From contig OZ245006.1 in the NCBI GenBank assembly GCA_965223545.1, positions 5,216,001 to 5,280,000 of the forward strand: 64,000 nucleotides of DNA. Reading direction: 5' to 3'. Below, piece after piece: positions 10,358 to 21,432 of the stretch; positions within the stretch are counted from its first letter, which is position 1; every line of letters begins with the position of its first letter. The DNA comes from Planctomycetota bacterium. Its GTDB lineage: Bacteria; Planctomycetota; UBA1135; UBA2386. The notes beneath the pieces were generated by a model that did not search any database, had not been told where the DNA came from, and saw only the letters and a list, made by a program, of their open reading frames with translations. Position numbers and translations under genes: made by a program.

Positions 10358-12199
10358 ATGCGCGAGGAAACTGGTCTCTCTATCTCTCTTCTGACTGCGG
10401 CGCTGTGCACGCCGGCTCACGGACAGTCGGGCAATGGCTCGCCGCCGTGTACGCAGGGGGTTTGGGAGAGTCCTCTCTTGCACGATACGGGCGGAGGGTT
10501 CACGTGTGCCTCGCCGGCGCACTCGCACACGTACAAGACGGTGAATGCGCTTCACCTCTCGGTGATTCCCAAGGGGCCCAAGCGCGGCTGGCTGCTGGTC
10601 TGGGACCATGACCATCCGCCGGGGCCGCCTGCGGGCGCGCGTGTGATGTTCTATGCGTTGGTGGACCCGACCACCAACATCCAGAACTTCGCGATGTACT
10701 CCGAGAACTTCTGCCAACAGCTGACGCCCGACAAAGGGGATTTGTTCTGCGCGGGTCATGCCTGGACGGCGAACGGCAATCTGCTGGTGGTCGGCGGCAC
10801 CGGGTGCCACGAGGGCACGCCGGGCTGCCCTGGTTGGGGTGGATCGAAGCTCGCCTACTTGTGGGAGCCACCGACGTCGCTGAGCCCCACCGACGGGGGC
10901 ACTTGGATTGAGTTGCCCGACCTCGACGAGCCGCGGTGGTACCCGTCGGTCGTCGCGATGGGGCCGCACGCCGTGGACGATAGGGATCGTCTCTTCGTAA
11001 GCGGGGGATTGGATGACCCAAACGGTACCAAGGGTTGGCCCGGGAAGCTGATCAACAGCTATCAGGTCTTCGAGCCGTCCTCGCGAGCTTGGGACCCTGC
11101 TCCTCCCGGATCGGCGTTTCCGAACACGTTTGCCGGACCTCAGGTGTCGTTGCTCTCGGTTTACCCCAGAACTCACCTGCTGACCTCTACCGGCCCCGGC
11201 GAGCTGGGGAGGATCTTCATCGCCGGCATGGAGCGCGTGTCGAACCGGATCAGCCACTACGTCTCCCCGGGCGGGGCGCCTCTGGCGTGGCACAACGACC
11301 TCAGCTCGTGGGGCTCGGGCGGGCGCCAGAGCGCCTACCGGGACTACGGCAGCAGCGTGCTGCTGCCGTTGCTCCTCGGCGGCGACGAATGCCGGATCTT
11401 GAGCTTGGGAGGCAGGAATGGGAGCAACCTGTGGGCCACGGCCGACAACGTGGATGCCAACGCCGCCAACCCGGTGTGGGCGGCGGACGACAGCATGGCC
11501 CACAAGCGGTGGTACCCCAACACCGTCCTCCTGCCGGATACGAGAGTCTTGGCCGTTGGTGGTGAGTCGCAGTCGCTGGTCAGCCAGTGCTCGGAACAGC
11601 CGGCTCTGATTCCCGAGATCTACGACGGTTCGCAACCTGCGGGCAGCCGGTGGTCGCCGCAGCCCGCGGACGCGATCATTCGCGACTATCACTCGACCGC
11701 GGCGTTGTTGCCCAGTGGCAAGGTGATCACCGCGGGAGGGGACTCGCGTGCATACTTGCCCGAGGCGACCGGCGCGTGCGCGGGAACGCCGGTGAAGGCC
11801 CCGAACCCCATCCCGACGGACTATCGCGTCTTCGTCCCCGACTACATCGCGTGCGGAGGCGTGCGGCCGGTCATCGACCCTCCCCCCGGCAGTGCGGCGG
11901 AGTACACGTTCCAGTACGGCGGTACCTACCCGGTCTCGTACGCGATGAACCAGGATGGGGTCAGCATCGCCAAGGTGGTGTTGATGCGGCCGGGTTCGGT
12001 CACCCACCACGCCGACCCGAACCAGCGCTGCGTCGAACTCAACTTCATCCATGCCGATGGCAACGTGATCAATGTCATTTTGCCAACCAAGCAATCCGGA
12101 AGGTTGCCGCGCGGCTACTACATGATGTTCTTCATCTCCAGCCAGACGGTCACGACGCAGGGAATCCCGTCCGAGGCCGCCTGGGTCCACGTGAGCTAG
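10358..12199 (+). CDS. Secreted galactose/glyoxal oxidase-like copper radical oxidase (AA5-like, Kelch + DUF1929-type C-terminus)
   Basis: AGGAGG RBS; signal peptide; motifs LFCAGH, RWYPS, RDYHSTA, GSVTHH, PRGYYMMF. Confidence 0.85.
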   Translation: MREETGLSISLLTAALCTPAHGQSGNGSPPCTQGVWESPLLHDTGGGFTCASPAHSHTYKTVNALHLSVIPKGPKRGWLLVWDHDHPPGPPAGARVMFYALVDPTTNIQNFAMYSENFCQQLTPDKGDLFCAGHAWTANGNLLVVGGTGCHEGTPGCPGWGGSKLAYLWEPPTSLSPTDGGTWIELPDLDEPRWYPSVVAMGPHAVDDRDRLFVSGGLDDPNGTKGWPGKLINSYQVFEPSSRAWDPAPPGSAFPNTFAGPQVSLLSVYPRTHLLTSTGPGELGRIFIAGMERVSNRISHYVSPGGAPLAWHNDLSSWGSGGRQSAYRDYGSSVLLPLLLGGDECRILSLGGRNGSNLWATADNVDANAANPVWAADDSMAHKRWYPNTVLLPDTRVLAVGGESQSLVSQCSEQPALIPEIYDGSQPAGSRWSPQPADAIIRDYHSTAALLPSGKVITAGGDSRAYLPEATGACAGTPVKAPNPIPTDYRVFVPDYIACGGVRPVIDPPPGSAAEYTFQYGGTYPVSYAMNQDGVSIAKVVLMRPGSVTHHADPNQRCVELNFIHADGNVINVILPTKQSGRLPRGYYMMFFISSQTVTTQGIPSEAAWVHVS

Positions 12200-12211
12200 A
12201 GGTCGCCGAGA

Positions 12212-13852
12212 ATGCGAGCGCGCGGAGTCCTGATACTCCTTCTTGCCGTGTCCGTCGGTTCGGCGCAGACCGAGCTGTGGCAGCAGACGGGTGTTCCGGG
12301 AGCCCAGCGGCTCGGTGGCCTGACGACGTTCTTCCTCGACGGCGATCTGGACGGGGACGGCTACGAGGACTTCGCGGTGTCGGGTGAGGGGTATCAGCTG
12401 CCGGTGCTGTTCATCCAGAGTCGGATCTACTTCATGTCCGGCCGGGACGGGTCGGTGATCCGGTACTACGGGTCGGCGCCGGATCCCAGGTTCTTTCGCA
12501 TCGCGGATGCCGGCCACGTGGACCGCGATGGGATCCGCGATTACGTGGTTGCGATCCATCCACCGTCGTCGAACGCCATGCGACTGGAGGTGCGCAGTGG
12601 CCGGACCGATGCTCTTCTGTGGCAGGTGTTGGAGCCGCAGGGTTTTACCAACCAGTTTGGCGACTACCTCGCCGGCGGGTTGGACACGGACGGGGATGGG
12701 TGCTCGGACCTGGTCGTCGGCGCGTCGCGAGAGCCTCCGAACGGACAGGTGCACGTGTACTCCAGCACGGGGCAGCGACGGTATAGCGTGGCGACGCCCC
12801 ACTGGGGGCTTGGAGTGCTTGGCGATCTCGATCGCGACGGGTGCGACGACTTCATCATCGGTGGGACCAACCGCTTGGTGACGAACGCGGGGTGGGGGAG
12901 AGTCTATTCGGGGCGCACCGGCGCGTTTCTGGTCGAAGGCACCGGTGATCTGCTCGATGATGGGATTGGTTCTGGGAAAAACGCGGGTTGCGGCGATGTC
13001 AATGGGGACGGGGTCTTGGACTTCGTCTGCACGAGTCGCGCTAGCCTTGTGCTCAACGGCATGGTGCGGGTGTTCTCCGGCGCCGATGGCACCCCGCTGT
13101 TCACTTGGCGCCGGCCATTGACCACGGGCTTCGGGATCTCGTTAGCGGTCGGTGACCTCGATCTCGACGGTATGCCCGATCTCCTCGTGGGATCGAACGA
13201 GCCGATCCAGAACACCGGCGGCCGTGTGTACTGGCTGTCGCTGCGCGATGGCAGCATCGTGACGCAGCTGTTCCCGCCGGGGTTGCCCGGGGCGACGACC
13301 CGGTTCGGATTCAGCGTTGCGATTGGCGGCCCACAGCCAGGCAGTCCGTTTCCCGTGTTTACGTCCAACGGACAGGACTACAAACCGCCGTTCACCCCGA
13401 CGAACCCCCTGTCCGCGACGGGAAGGGTCACGCTCTACAGCGGCGCGCCCCCCGGAGTGTCGAGCACCGGTCCGGGTTGCGCAGGGCGTACCCCTTCGGC
13501 GCCGGTGATGGGCATCACGGCGCCGAGCAGCGGCTTGGCGCGCTTGCACTTGAGCGCGGCTCCGCCGAGCACCCCGTCGGCGCTGCTGCTCGGCTTGTCG
13601 TCCACGTCGTGGAGCGGAGTGCCGCTGCCGCTGCCACTGGCGACGCTAGGGCTTCCGAGTTGTTCGTTGCGCACGTCGATCGAGGCCGTGGTGCCCGTGG
13701 CCGTCGATGCGACGGGCTATGGGGCGTTCGTCCTGCCGCTGCCGCTGGTCGCGGTGGGCGGCACTCCGATCTTCGGCCAGTGGTTGTTGGCGCTGCAGGG
13801 GAATCCGATCCAGCCCGCGGCGCTGTCCGGTGCCCTGTCCTGGCGCCACTGA
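12212..13852 (+). CDS. Secreted FG-GAP (integrin-alpha-like propeller) protein with C-terminal accessory domain
   Basis: Signal peptide; repeats GDLDGDGYED, GDLDRDGCDD, GDVNGDGVLD, GDLDLDGMPD with GRVYSG-type linkers. Confidence 0.85.
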   Translation: MRARGVLILLLAVSVGSAQTELWQQTGVPGAQRLGGLTTFFLDGDLDGDGYEDFAVSGEGYQLPVLFIQSRIYFMSGRDGSVIRYYGSAPDPRFFRIADAGHVDRDGIRDYVVAIHPPSSNAMRLEVRSGRTDALLWQVLEPQGFTNQFGDYLAGGLDTDGDGCSDLVVGASREPPNGQVHVYSSTGQRRYSVATPHWGLGVLGDLDRDGCDDFIIGGTNRLVTNAGWGRVYSGRTGAFLVEGTGDLLDDGIGSGKNAGCGDVNGDGVLDFVCTSRASLVLNGMVRVFSGADGTPLFTWRRPLTTGFGISLAVGDLDLDGMPDLLVGSNEPIQNTGGRVYWLSLRDGSIVTQLFPPGLPGATTRFGFSVAIGGPQPGSPFPVFTSNGQDYKPPFTPTNPLSATGRVTLYSGAPPGVSSTGPGCAGRTPSAPVMGITAPSSGLARLHLSAAPPSTPSALLLGLSSTSWSGVPLPLPLATLGLPSCSLRTSIEAVVPVAVDATGYGAFVLPLPLVAVGGTPIFGQWLLALQGNPIQPAALSGALSWRH

Positions 13853-13985
13853 GGTCGGGTCGTGATGCTGCTCGAGCGTGCGCACAGGTGTCGAGGGCAC
13901 GAAAGGTTTCTTTCGCAGCCAGAGCCACTAAGAAAGAAGTCTTTGTTTCGAGGGCTGCGGCACGACGATCCTCCCAGTCGTCGCA

Positions 13986-14204
13986 ATGACCCGTCAGACA
14001 GGCAATTATCTCAGAACGACGGTGGCCGGTGAAGAGGTTGCGGCCTTCGTGCCCTTCCCGCTCCCACCCCGGGCCCCCTCGCTCCAGCTCGATCGCGAGG
14101 GCTTGCAGCTGCTGGCAGATGCGCTCGATGCGCTCCGCACACTCGAGTTCGCCGGCGCGATGGTGCCGTCGCTGGACGGGTTTCTCTACGCGCTCGTTCG
14201 CAAG
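13986..14204 (+). pseudogene. Truncated N-terminal fragment of a Fic-family protein
   Basis: MTRQTGNYLRTTVAGEEVAAFVPFPLPP...LEFAGAMVPSLDGFLYALVRK resembles the Fic_N region. Similarity stops just before the expected EAxxSSQIEG motif, and no HPFxxGNGR motif follows. Confidence 0.7.
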
Positions 14205-14313
14205 CCTCAGGGTCCGCAAATCTTCGCGTGGCGACAACCTTTCGGAAGGCTCGATGGCGCTGGAACTTCGACAACGCAGCTCCCGGAGGCTCGAAGACAA
14301 CACTGGCGTCTGC

Positions 14314-14499
14314 GCTCAGCGCGGCCGTCCGGCACCGCTGGATGCGCGGGCTCCGCTACTTCGCCGCGGGCTCGCACGTTTGGCTGCGGCCCTGGCCGCG
14401 CTGAGCGTCCGGGGCCCGAGAATCTTCGCGCGGCGACGACCCGGGTCCGCTACTGGCGCGACGCGCTCGGTCTTTGGCTGCGGCCCCGGCCGTGCTGAG
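14314..14499. repeat. Cluster of REP-like elements related to the 195-bp unit
   Basis: 14378-14406 matches the reverse complement of unit positions 13-41 at 27/29; a second degenerate copy lies at 14473-14499; GCTCAGCGCGGCC (14314-14326) is inverted to 14394-14406. Confidence 0.75.
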
Positions 14500-14504
14500 G
14501 GTCG

Positions 14505-17263
14505 TTACCGCGCAGTCGCTGCCCCGGCCGGCGCTCCCGACTCCACCGGCTCCAGGCGCACGCAGCTGATCTTGACCTCCGGCGTCTTGGTCACCGGGTC
14601 GTAGCCCGACCCCGTGAGAAAGTTCACCGGCACGTCGTTGAAGCTGAAACTGCAGAACACGGTCCCCGGCTGCGCGTTGGCGGCCTCGCGCACGCGGAGG
14701 CGGAGCGAGCCGCGCGGACTCGTCATCTCGCACCAGCCGCCGTCGGTGAGGTCGTAGCGGGCCAGGTCGTCGCGGTGCACTTCGAGGTATTCCTCGGGCA
14801 AGAAGTACTCGATGCCGGCGGACCGTCCGGTCTGCGTGCGCGTGTGGTAGGCCTGCAGCCGGCGGCCGGTCGTCAGCCACACGGGGAACTCCTCGCTGAC
14901 CTGCTCGGCCGGTGGCCGGTAGTCGATCACGCGGAAGATACCGCGGCCGTTCTTGAACGCGTCCTGGTGCAGGATCGGCGTGCCCTCGTGCGCTGCATCC
15001 GGAACCGGCCAGTGGTAGCGGCCCTCGGCGACGCGCTCCCAGTCGAGGCCGGCGTAGATCGGCGACACGCTGCACAGCTCGTCGAAGACCTGCTGTGCCG
15101 ACTCGTGCTCGAAGCCGCGCAGCCCCATGCGCTTGGCGATCTGCGCGATGATCCACCAGTCGGGCATGGCACTGCCTTGCGCCGGCACCGCGGCCCGGAG
15201 CCGCTGCACCCGCCGCTCGGTGTTGGTCACCGTGCCGTCGGTCTCGCCGAAGGCGGATGCCGGCAAGACCACGTCGGCGAGCATCGCGGTCTCGGTGGGA
15301 AAGATGTCGATCACCACGAGGTGGTCGAGGGCGCGCAGGGCGGCCTCGCAGTGTTTGCGATCGGCGTCGGACACCACGGTGTTCTCGCCGGTGATCAGCA
15401 TCGCGCGGATCTTGCCCTCCGGAACCATTTCCAGCGCGTGGATCTTGGTCACGCTCTTGTCGAGGTCGACCTTGGTGCCCCAGAGTTGCTCGAACTTGGC
15501 CTGGTTGGCGGGATCGGTGACCGGCTGGAAGCCCGGGTAGTTCGCGGGAATGGCGCCGGCGTCGCCGGCGCCCTGGATGTTGTTCTGGCCACGCATCGGG
15601 TTGATGCCGCCGCCCTCGACCCCGAGGTTGCCCGTCATCAGCGCCAGGTTGCACAGGCTCTGCACGTTGTCGACGCCACAGATGTGCTCGGTGATGCCCA
15701 GCGTGTAGTAGATCCCCGCGGGCTGGCCCTTGCCGTACAGCATCGCCGCCCGCTCGATGTCGGCGGCCGGCACGCCGCAGATCTCCGCCGCCCACTCCGG
15801 CGTCTTGTCGGCGACGTGTGCCAAGAACTCTTCGCCGCCCGTGGTGCGGTCGGTGATGAAGCTCTCGTCGATCAAGCCCTCGCGCGCGATGACGTGCGCC
15901 ATCGCCAGCAACAGCGCGGTGTCCGAGCCGACGCGGATCGGCAGATACAGCTCCGCCATGTCGGCGAGGCCGATGCGCCGCGGGTCGGCGACCACCATCC
16001 GCGCGCCGCGCGCGATGGCCCGCTTCAAGCGCGTCGCCGCCACCGGGTGGCACTCGGTCATGTTGGTGCCGATGCAGAAGATCACATCGGGCTTCTCCAT
16101 GTCGGCCAGCGGGTTCGACATCGCCCCGCGCCCGATCGTGGCCGCCAGACCGGCGACCGTGGGAGAGTGTCAAGCTCTACTACAGTTGTCGATGTAGTTG
16201 GTGCCGTAGGCGACGCGCACCCATTTCTGCAGCATGAACGCGGCCTCGTTCGGCGCGCGGCCGGAGGCGATCGCGTACACCGAATGCCTGCCGTGCTCGT
16301 CCAGCGCACTGCGGAAGCCTGCGGCGGCGCGGTCCAACGCTTCGTCCCACGAGGTCTCCACCAGGGTGCCATCGCTGGCGCGCACCATCGGCGCGCGCAG
16401 TCGATCGCCATGCTGGACGAAGTCGTAGGCAAACTGGCCCTTCACGCACAGTGCACCCAGGTTGGCCGGACCATCCATCGCGGGTTGCACGCCGACCAGC
16501 TGGTCGCCCTTGGCGAGCAGGTCGACCGAGCAGCCGACGCCGCAATACGGGCACACGGTCCGGGTCTTCTCCACCGCGACGTCGTCGCCGGCGTGGCGCA
16601 GGGCCTTGCGGTCGGCGAGTGCTCCGGTCGGGCACGTCTGCACGCACTGGCCACAGAACGTGCAGCTCGAGTCCTCCAGCGCGCCGTCGAACTCGGTGGT
16701 GATGCGCGTGGCGAAGCCGCGGTTGCGCACGCTGATGGCGTAGTCGCCCTCGCGCTCCGCGCACACCCGCACGCAGCGATAGCACGAGATGCAGAGGTCG
16801 TAGTCGCGCAGGATGAACGGGTTGTGGTCGTCGTCGCGGCTCTGGCCGGACTGGGCGCCGGCAAACCGCCCGCCGCGGGCCTCGTACTGGTCGACCAGCA
16901 TGCCGAGCTCTTGGCTGGCGTAGCCGCGCAGCGGGTCGACGTCGACCTCGCGGTTCTCGGACACGACCAGCTCGAGCAGGGTCTTGCGGTGCTTCTCGAC
17001 CGCGGCGCTCGCGCTGCGCACCACCATGCCGGGTTGGGCCACCGCGGTGCAGGACGCCACCGGGTTGCGCGCGCCTTCGATCTCCACCACGCACATGCGG
17101 CAGCCGCCGAAGGCGTCGAGGCGTTCGTCGTAGCACAGCGTCGGAATGGTGACGCCGTTGCGCCGGGCCACGTCGTACACCGTCTCGCCGGTGGAAAATG
17201 CCACCGTCTTGCCGTCCAGCTGCAGCGTCTGACGGTCGGAGTGGTCGCGCTGTAGGTCGCCGT

Positions 17264-17267
<4 letters not shown>
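14505..17267 (-). CDS. fdhF: Selenocysteine-containing Mo/W formate dehydrogenase alpha subunit (920 aa, Sec at codon 366)
   Basis: Two ORF-track pieces are in frame across TGA 16170-16172, giving DNCSRA-U-HSPTVAGL. N-terminal [2Fe-2S] (CYDERL..GGCRMC) and two [4Fe-4S] motifs, CPYCGVGC, RGQNNIQG, TNTERRVQR. ATG overlaps the upstream stop (ATGA). Confidence 0.92.
16140..16158 (-). promoter_or_regulatory. Bacterial SECIS hairpin
   Basis: Minus strand reads TGA, 11 nt, then GGTCGCC-GGTCT-GGCGGCC (7-bp stem, GGUCU loop), resembling the E. coli fdhF SECIS in spacing and loop. Confidence 0.85.
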
Positions 17268-18946
<1,679 letters not shown>

Positions 18947-19041
18947 ACCGCGAGCTTACCGCCCTGCCGGGCCGAGTCGATTGCCGGCACGCCCTGGCTC
19001 TGCCTTGTGTGGCGGTGGGGGGCGGCGGTAGGTTGCCGGGC

Positions 19042-20262
19042 ATGGCCGGCAAGAAGCGCAAGGCCGCTCCGCGCGAGCGACGTTCTCAGCTGGGTGGGAC
19101 GGCGGCGAAGGCCACCAAGCGCCGCGCCGCGCGCCGCGAGCTGGGCGTGGCGATGGTCGGCCACGCGTTCATGGGGCGGGCGCACGGCAATGCCTACCGG
19201 CAGGTCGACCACTTCTTCGACCTGCCCTACCGGGTCGTGCCGCGCGTCGTCGTCGGCCGGGACGCGTCGCGGGTCGAGGCGGCCCGGGAGAAGCTGGGCT
19301 TTGCCGAGGCGTCGACCGACCTGGACGCGGTGCTGGCCCGGGACGACATCGACCTCGTCGACATCGCCACCCCCAACGACAGCCACTACGAGCTGGCGAT
19401 GGCGGCGATGCGGGCTGGCAAGCACGTGCTCTGCGAGAAGCCGCTGGCGTTGAACTTGACCCAGGCGAAGGCGATGGCGCGCGAGGCGAGGACACGCGGT
19501 GTCGCCGTCGGTCTCTGGCACAACTACCGGCGCAGTCCCTCCGCCAGTCTGGCGCGGCGGTTGATTCAGCGCGGTGAGCTCGGTGCCGTGCGCCACGTCC
19601 GCGCGGTCTACCTCCAGGATTGGCTCTGCGATCCGACGGTGCCGGCGTCGTGGCGCACCGACGCGACGGTGTGTGGCTCCGGCGCGCACGGCGACCTCAA
19701 CGCGCACCTGGTCGACATGACGCGCTTTCTGACCGGGCTGGAGTTCGAGGAGGTCTGCGCGGCGTCCGCCACCTTCACTCCGCGCCGGCCGTCGACCACC
19801 GGCCGCGGCAAGACCGCCGCGGTCACGGTCGACGATGCGCTGCTGTTCATGGCCCGCTTCAAGGGGGGCGCGCTGGGCTCGTTCGAAGCGACGCGGGTCG
19901 CCCCCGGCCGCAAGAACTACAATCGGATCGAGATCAATGGCACCAAGGGCACGCTGGTCTGGAACTTCGAGCGGATGAACGAGCTCTCGCTGTTCTCCTT
20001 CGACGATGCCGGCGACGCCCAGGGGTTTCGCACGATCATGTGCATGGACGGGAGCCACCCCTACGCCGCCAACTGGTGGCCCGACGGGCACATCATCGGC
20101 TACGAGCACACCTTCGTGCACCATCTCGCCGACTTCGTCACCGCGCTGCCCAAGCGGAAGCGCTTCTCACCCGACTTCGACGACGGGGTCGCGGTCCAGG
20201 CGGTGCTCGACGCGGCGCTCAAGTCCGCCGGCAACCGCCGCTGGGTCGCGATCCGGTCGTGA
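19042..20262 (+). CDS. Gfo/Idh/MocA family oxidoreductase
   Basis: VGHAFMGRAH, DIATPNDSH, HVLCEKPLA, GDLNAHLVD, WWPDGHIIGYEHTF. Confidence 0.92.
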   Translation: MAGKKRKAAPRERRSQLGGTAAKATKRRAARRELGVAMVGHAFMGRAHGNAYRQVDHFFDLPYRVVPRVVVGRDASRVEAAREKLGFAEASTDLDAVLARDDIDLVDIATPNDSHYELAMAAMRAGKHVLCEKPLALNLTQAKAMAREARTRGVAVGLWHNYRRSPSASLARRLIQRGELGAVRHVRAVYLQDWLCDPTVPASWRTDATVCGSGAHGDLNAHLVDMTRFLTGLEFEEVCAASATFTPRRPSTTGRGKTAAVTVDDALLFMARFKGGALGSFEATRVAPGRKNYNRIEINGTKGTLVWNFERMNELSLFSFDDAGDAQGFRTIMCMDGSHPYAANWWPDGHIIGYEHTFVHHLADFVTALPKRKRFSPDFDDGVAVQAVLDAALKSAGNRRWVAIRS

Positions 20263-20307
20263 GGCGGGCGAAAACCACAAAGACACCTGCCACCCAAGGC
20301 ACCTGAC

Positions 20308-21357
20308 ATGATGCAAGGCCCCGGCGTTTTTCTGGCCCAGTTCATGGGCGACCAGGCTCCGTTCAACAACTTCGACACGATCTGCGCCTGGGCCAGCGAC
20401 CTCGGCTACGTCGGCGTGCAGCTGCCGTCGTGGGACGGTCGCTGCATGGATCTCGAGCAGGCGGCGGCGAGCCAGGCCTACTGCGACGATTTGCGCGCGA
20501 CGGCGCAGAAGCACGGGCTCGAGATCAGCGAGCTCGCGACCCACCTGCAGGGGCAGCTGGTGGCGGTGCATCCCGCCTACGCGGAGATGTTCAAGGTGTT
20601 CGCGCCCGAGGGGGTCACCACTCCGGCGGCGATGGCGGAGTGGGGGACCGACCAGGTCAAGAAGTGTCTCACCGCGTCGCAGAACCTCGGCTTGTCGGCG
20701 ATGCCGACCTTCCCCGGCGCGCTGATGTGGCACACGGTGTATCCGTGGCCGCAGCGACCGGCCGGGATGGTCGCCGAGGGCTTCGCCGAGCTGGCGCGCC
20801 GCTGGCGGCCGATCCTCGACCACGCCGAGGAGTGCGGCGTCGACTGCGCGTTCGAGGTGCACCCGGGCGAGGACATCCACGACGGCGCGAGCTACGAGGC
20901 GTTCTTGTCCGCGGCGGACGACCACGCGCGGGCGTGTCTGCTCTACGATCCCAGCCACTTCGTGCTGCAGTGCCTCGACTACCTCGAATTCATCGACCTG
21001 TACCACGAGCGCATCCGCTGCTTCCACGTCAAGGACGCCGAGTTCCGGCCCAACGGGCGGGTCGGGGTCTACGGTGGGTATCAGGGCTGGCAGGACCGCG
21101 CCGGCCGATTCCGCAGCCTCGGCGATGGCGAGGTCGACTTCGGGGCGGCGTTCACGCTGCTCAGCAAGTACGGCTACCGCGGGTGGGCGACGCTGGAGTG
21201 GGAGTGCTGCTTCAAGGACGCCGCTCAGGGGGCAGAGGAGGGCGCGCCGTTCATCGCGGCCCACCTGATCACGCCTCCCGAGAAGGCGTTCGACGATTTC
21301 GCCGGGGGCGAGGTCGATCACGACAGCGTGCGCCGGGCGCTCGGTCTGGACGGCTGA
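20308..21357 (+). CDS. Sugar phosphate isomerase/epimerase (xylose isomerase-like TIM barrel)
   Basis: GPGVFLAQF, FEVHPGED, YDPSH, FHVKDAEF, FRSLGDG, LEWECC; adjacent to the Gfo/Idh/MocA gene. Confidence 0.9.
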   Translation: MMQGPGVFLAQFMGDQAPFNNFDTICAWASDLGYVGVQLPSWDGRCMDLEQAAASQAYCDDLRATAQKHGLEISELATHLQGQLVAVHPAYAEMFKVFAPEGVTTPAAMAEWGTDQVKKCLTASQNLGLSAMPTFPGALMWHTVYPWPQRPAGMVAEGFAELARRWRPILDHAEECGVDCAFEVHPGEDIHDGASYEAFLSAADDHARACLLYDPSHFVLQCLDYLEFIDLYHERIRCFHVKDAEFRPNGRVGVYGGYQGWQDRAGRFRSLGDGEVDFGAAFTLLSKYGYRGWATLEWECCFKDAAQGAEEGAPFIAAHLITPPEKAFDDFAGGEVDHDSVRRALGLDG

Positions 21358-21432
21358 TGCGATGCGCGCGCCCGCTCGCGCGCCCGCTGGTCCGCGGCGT
21401 CGTCGTGTCCGGGGGCGCGTGAATGCCCGCGG

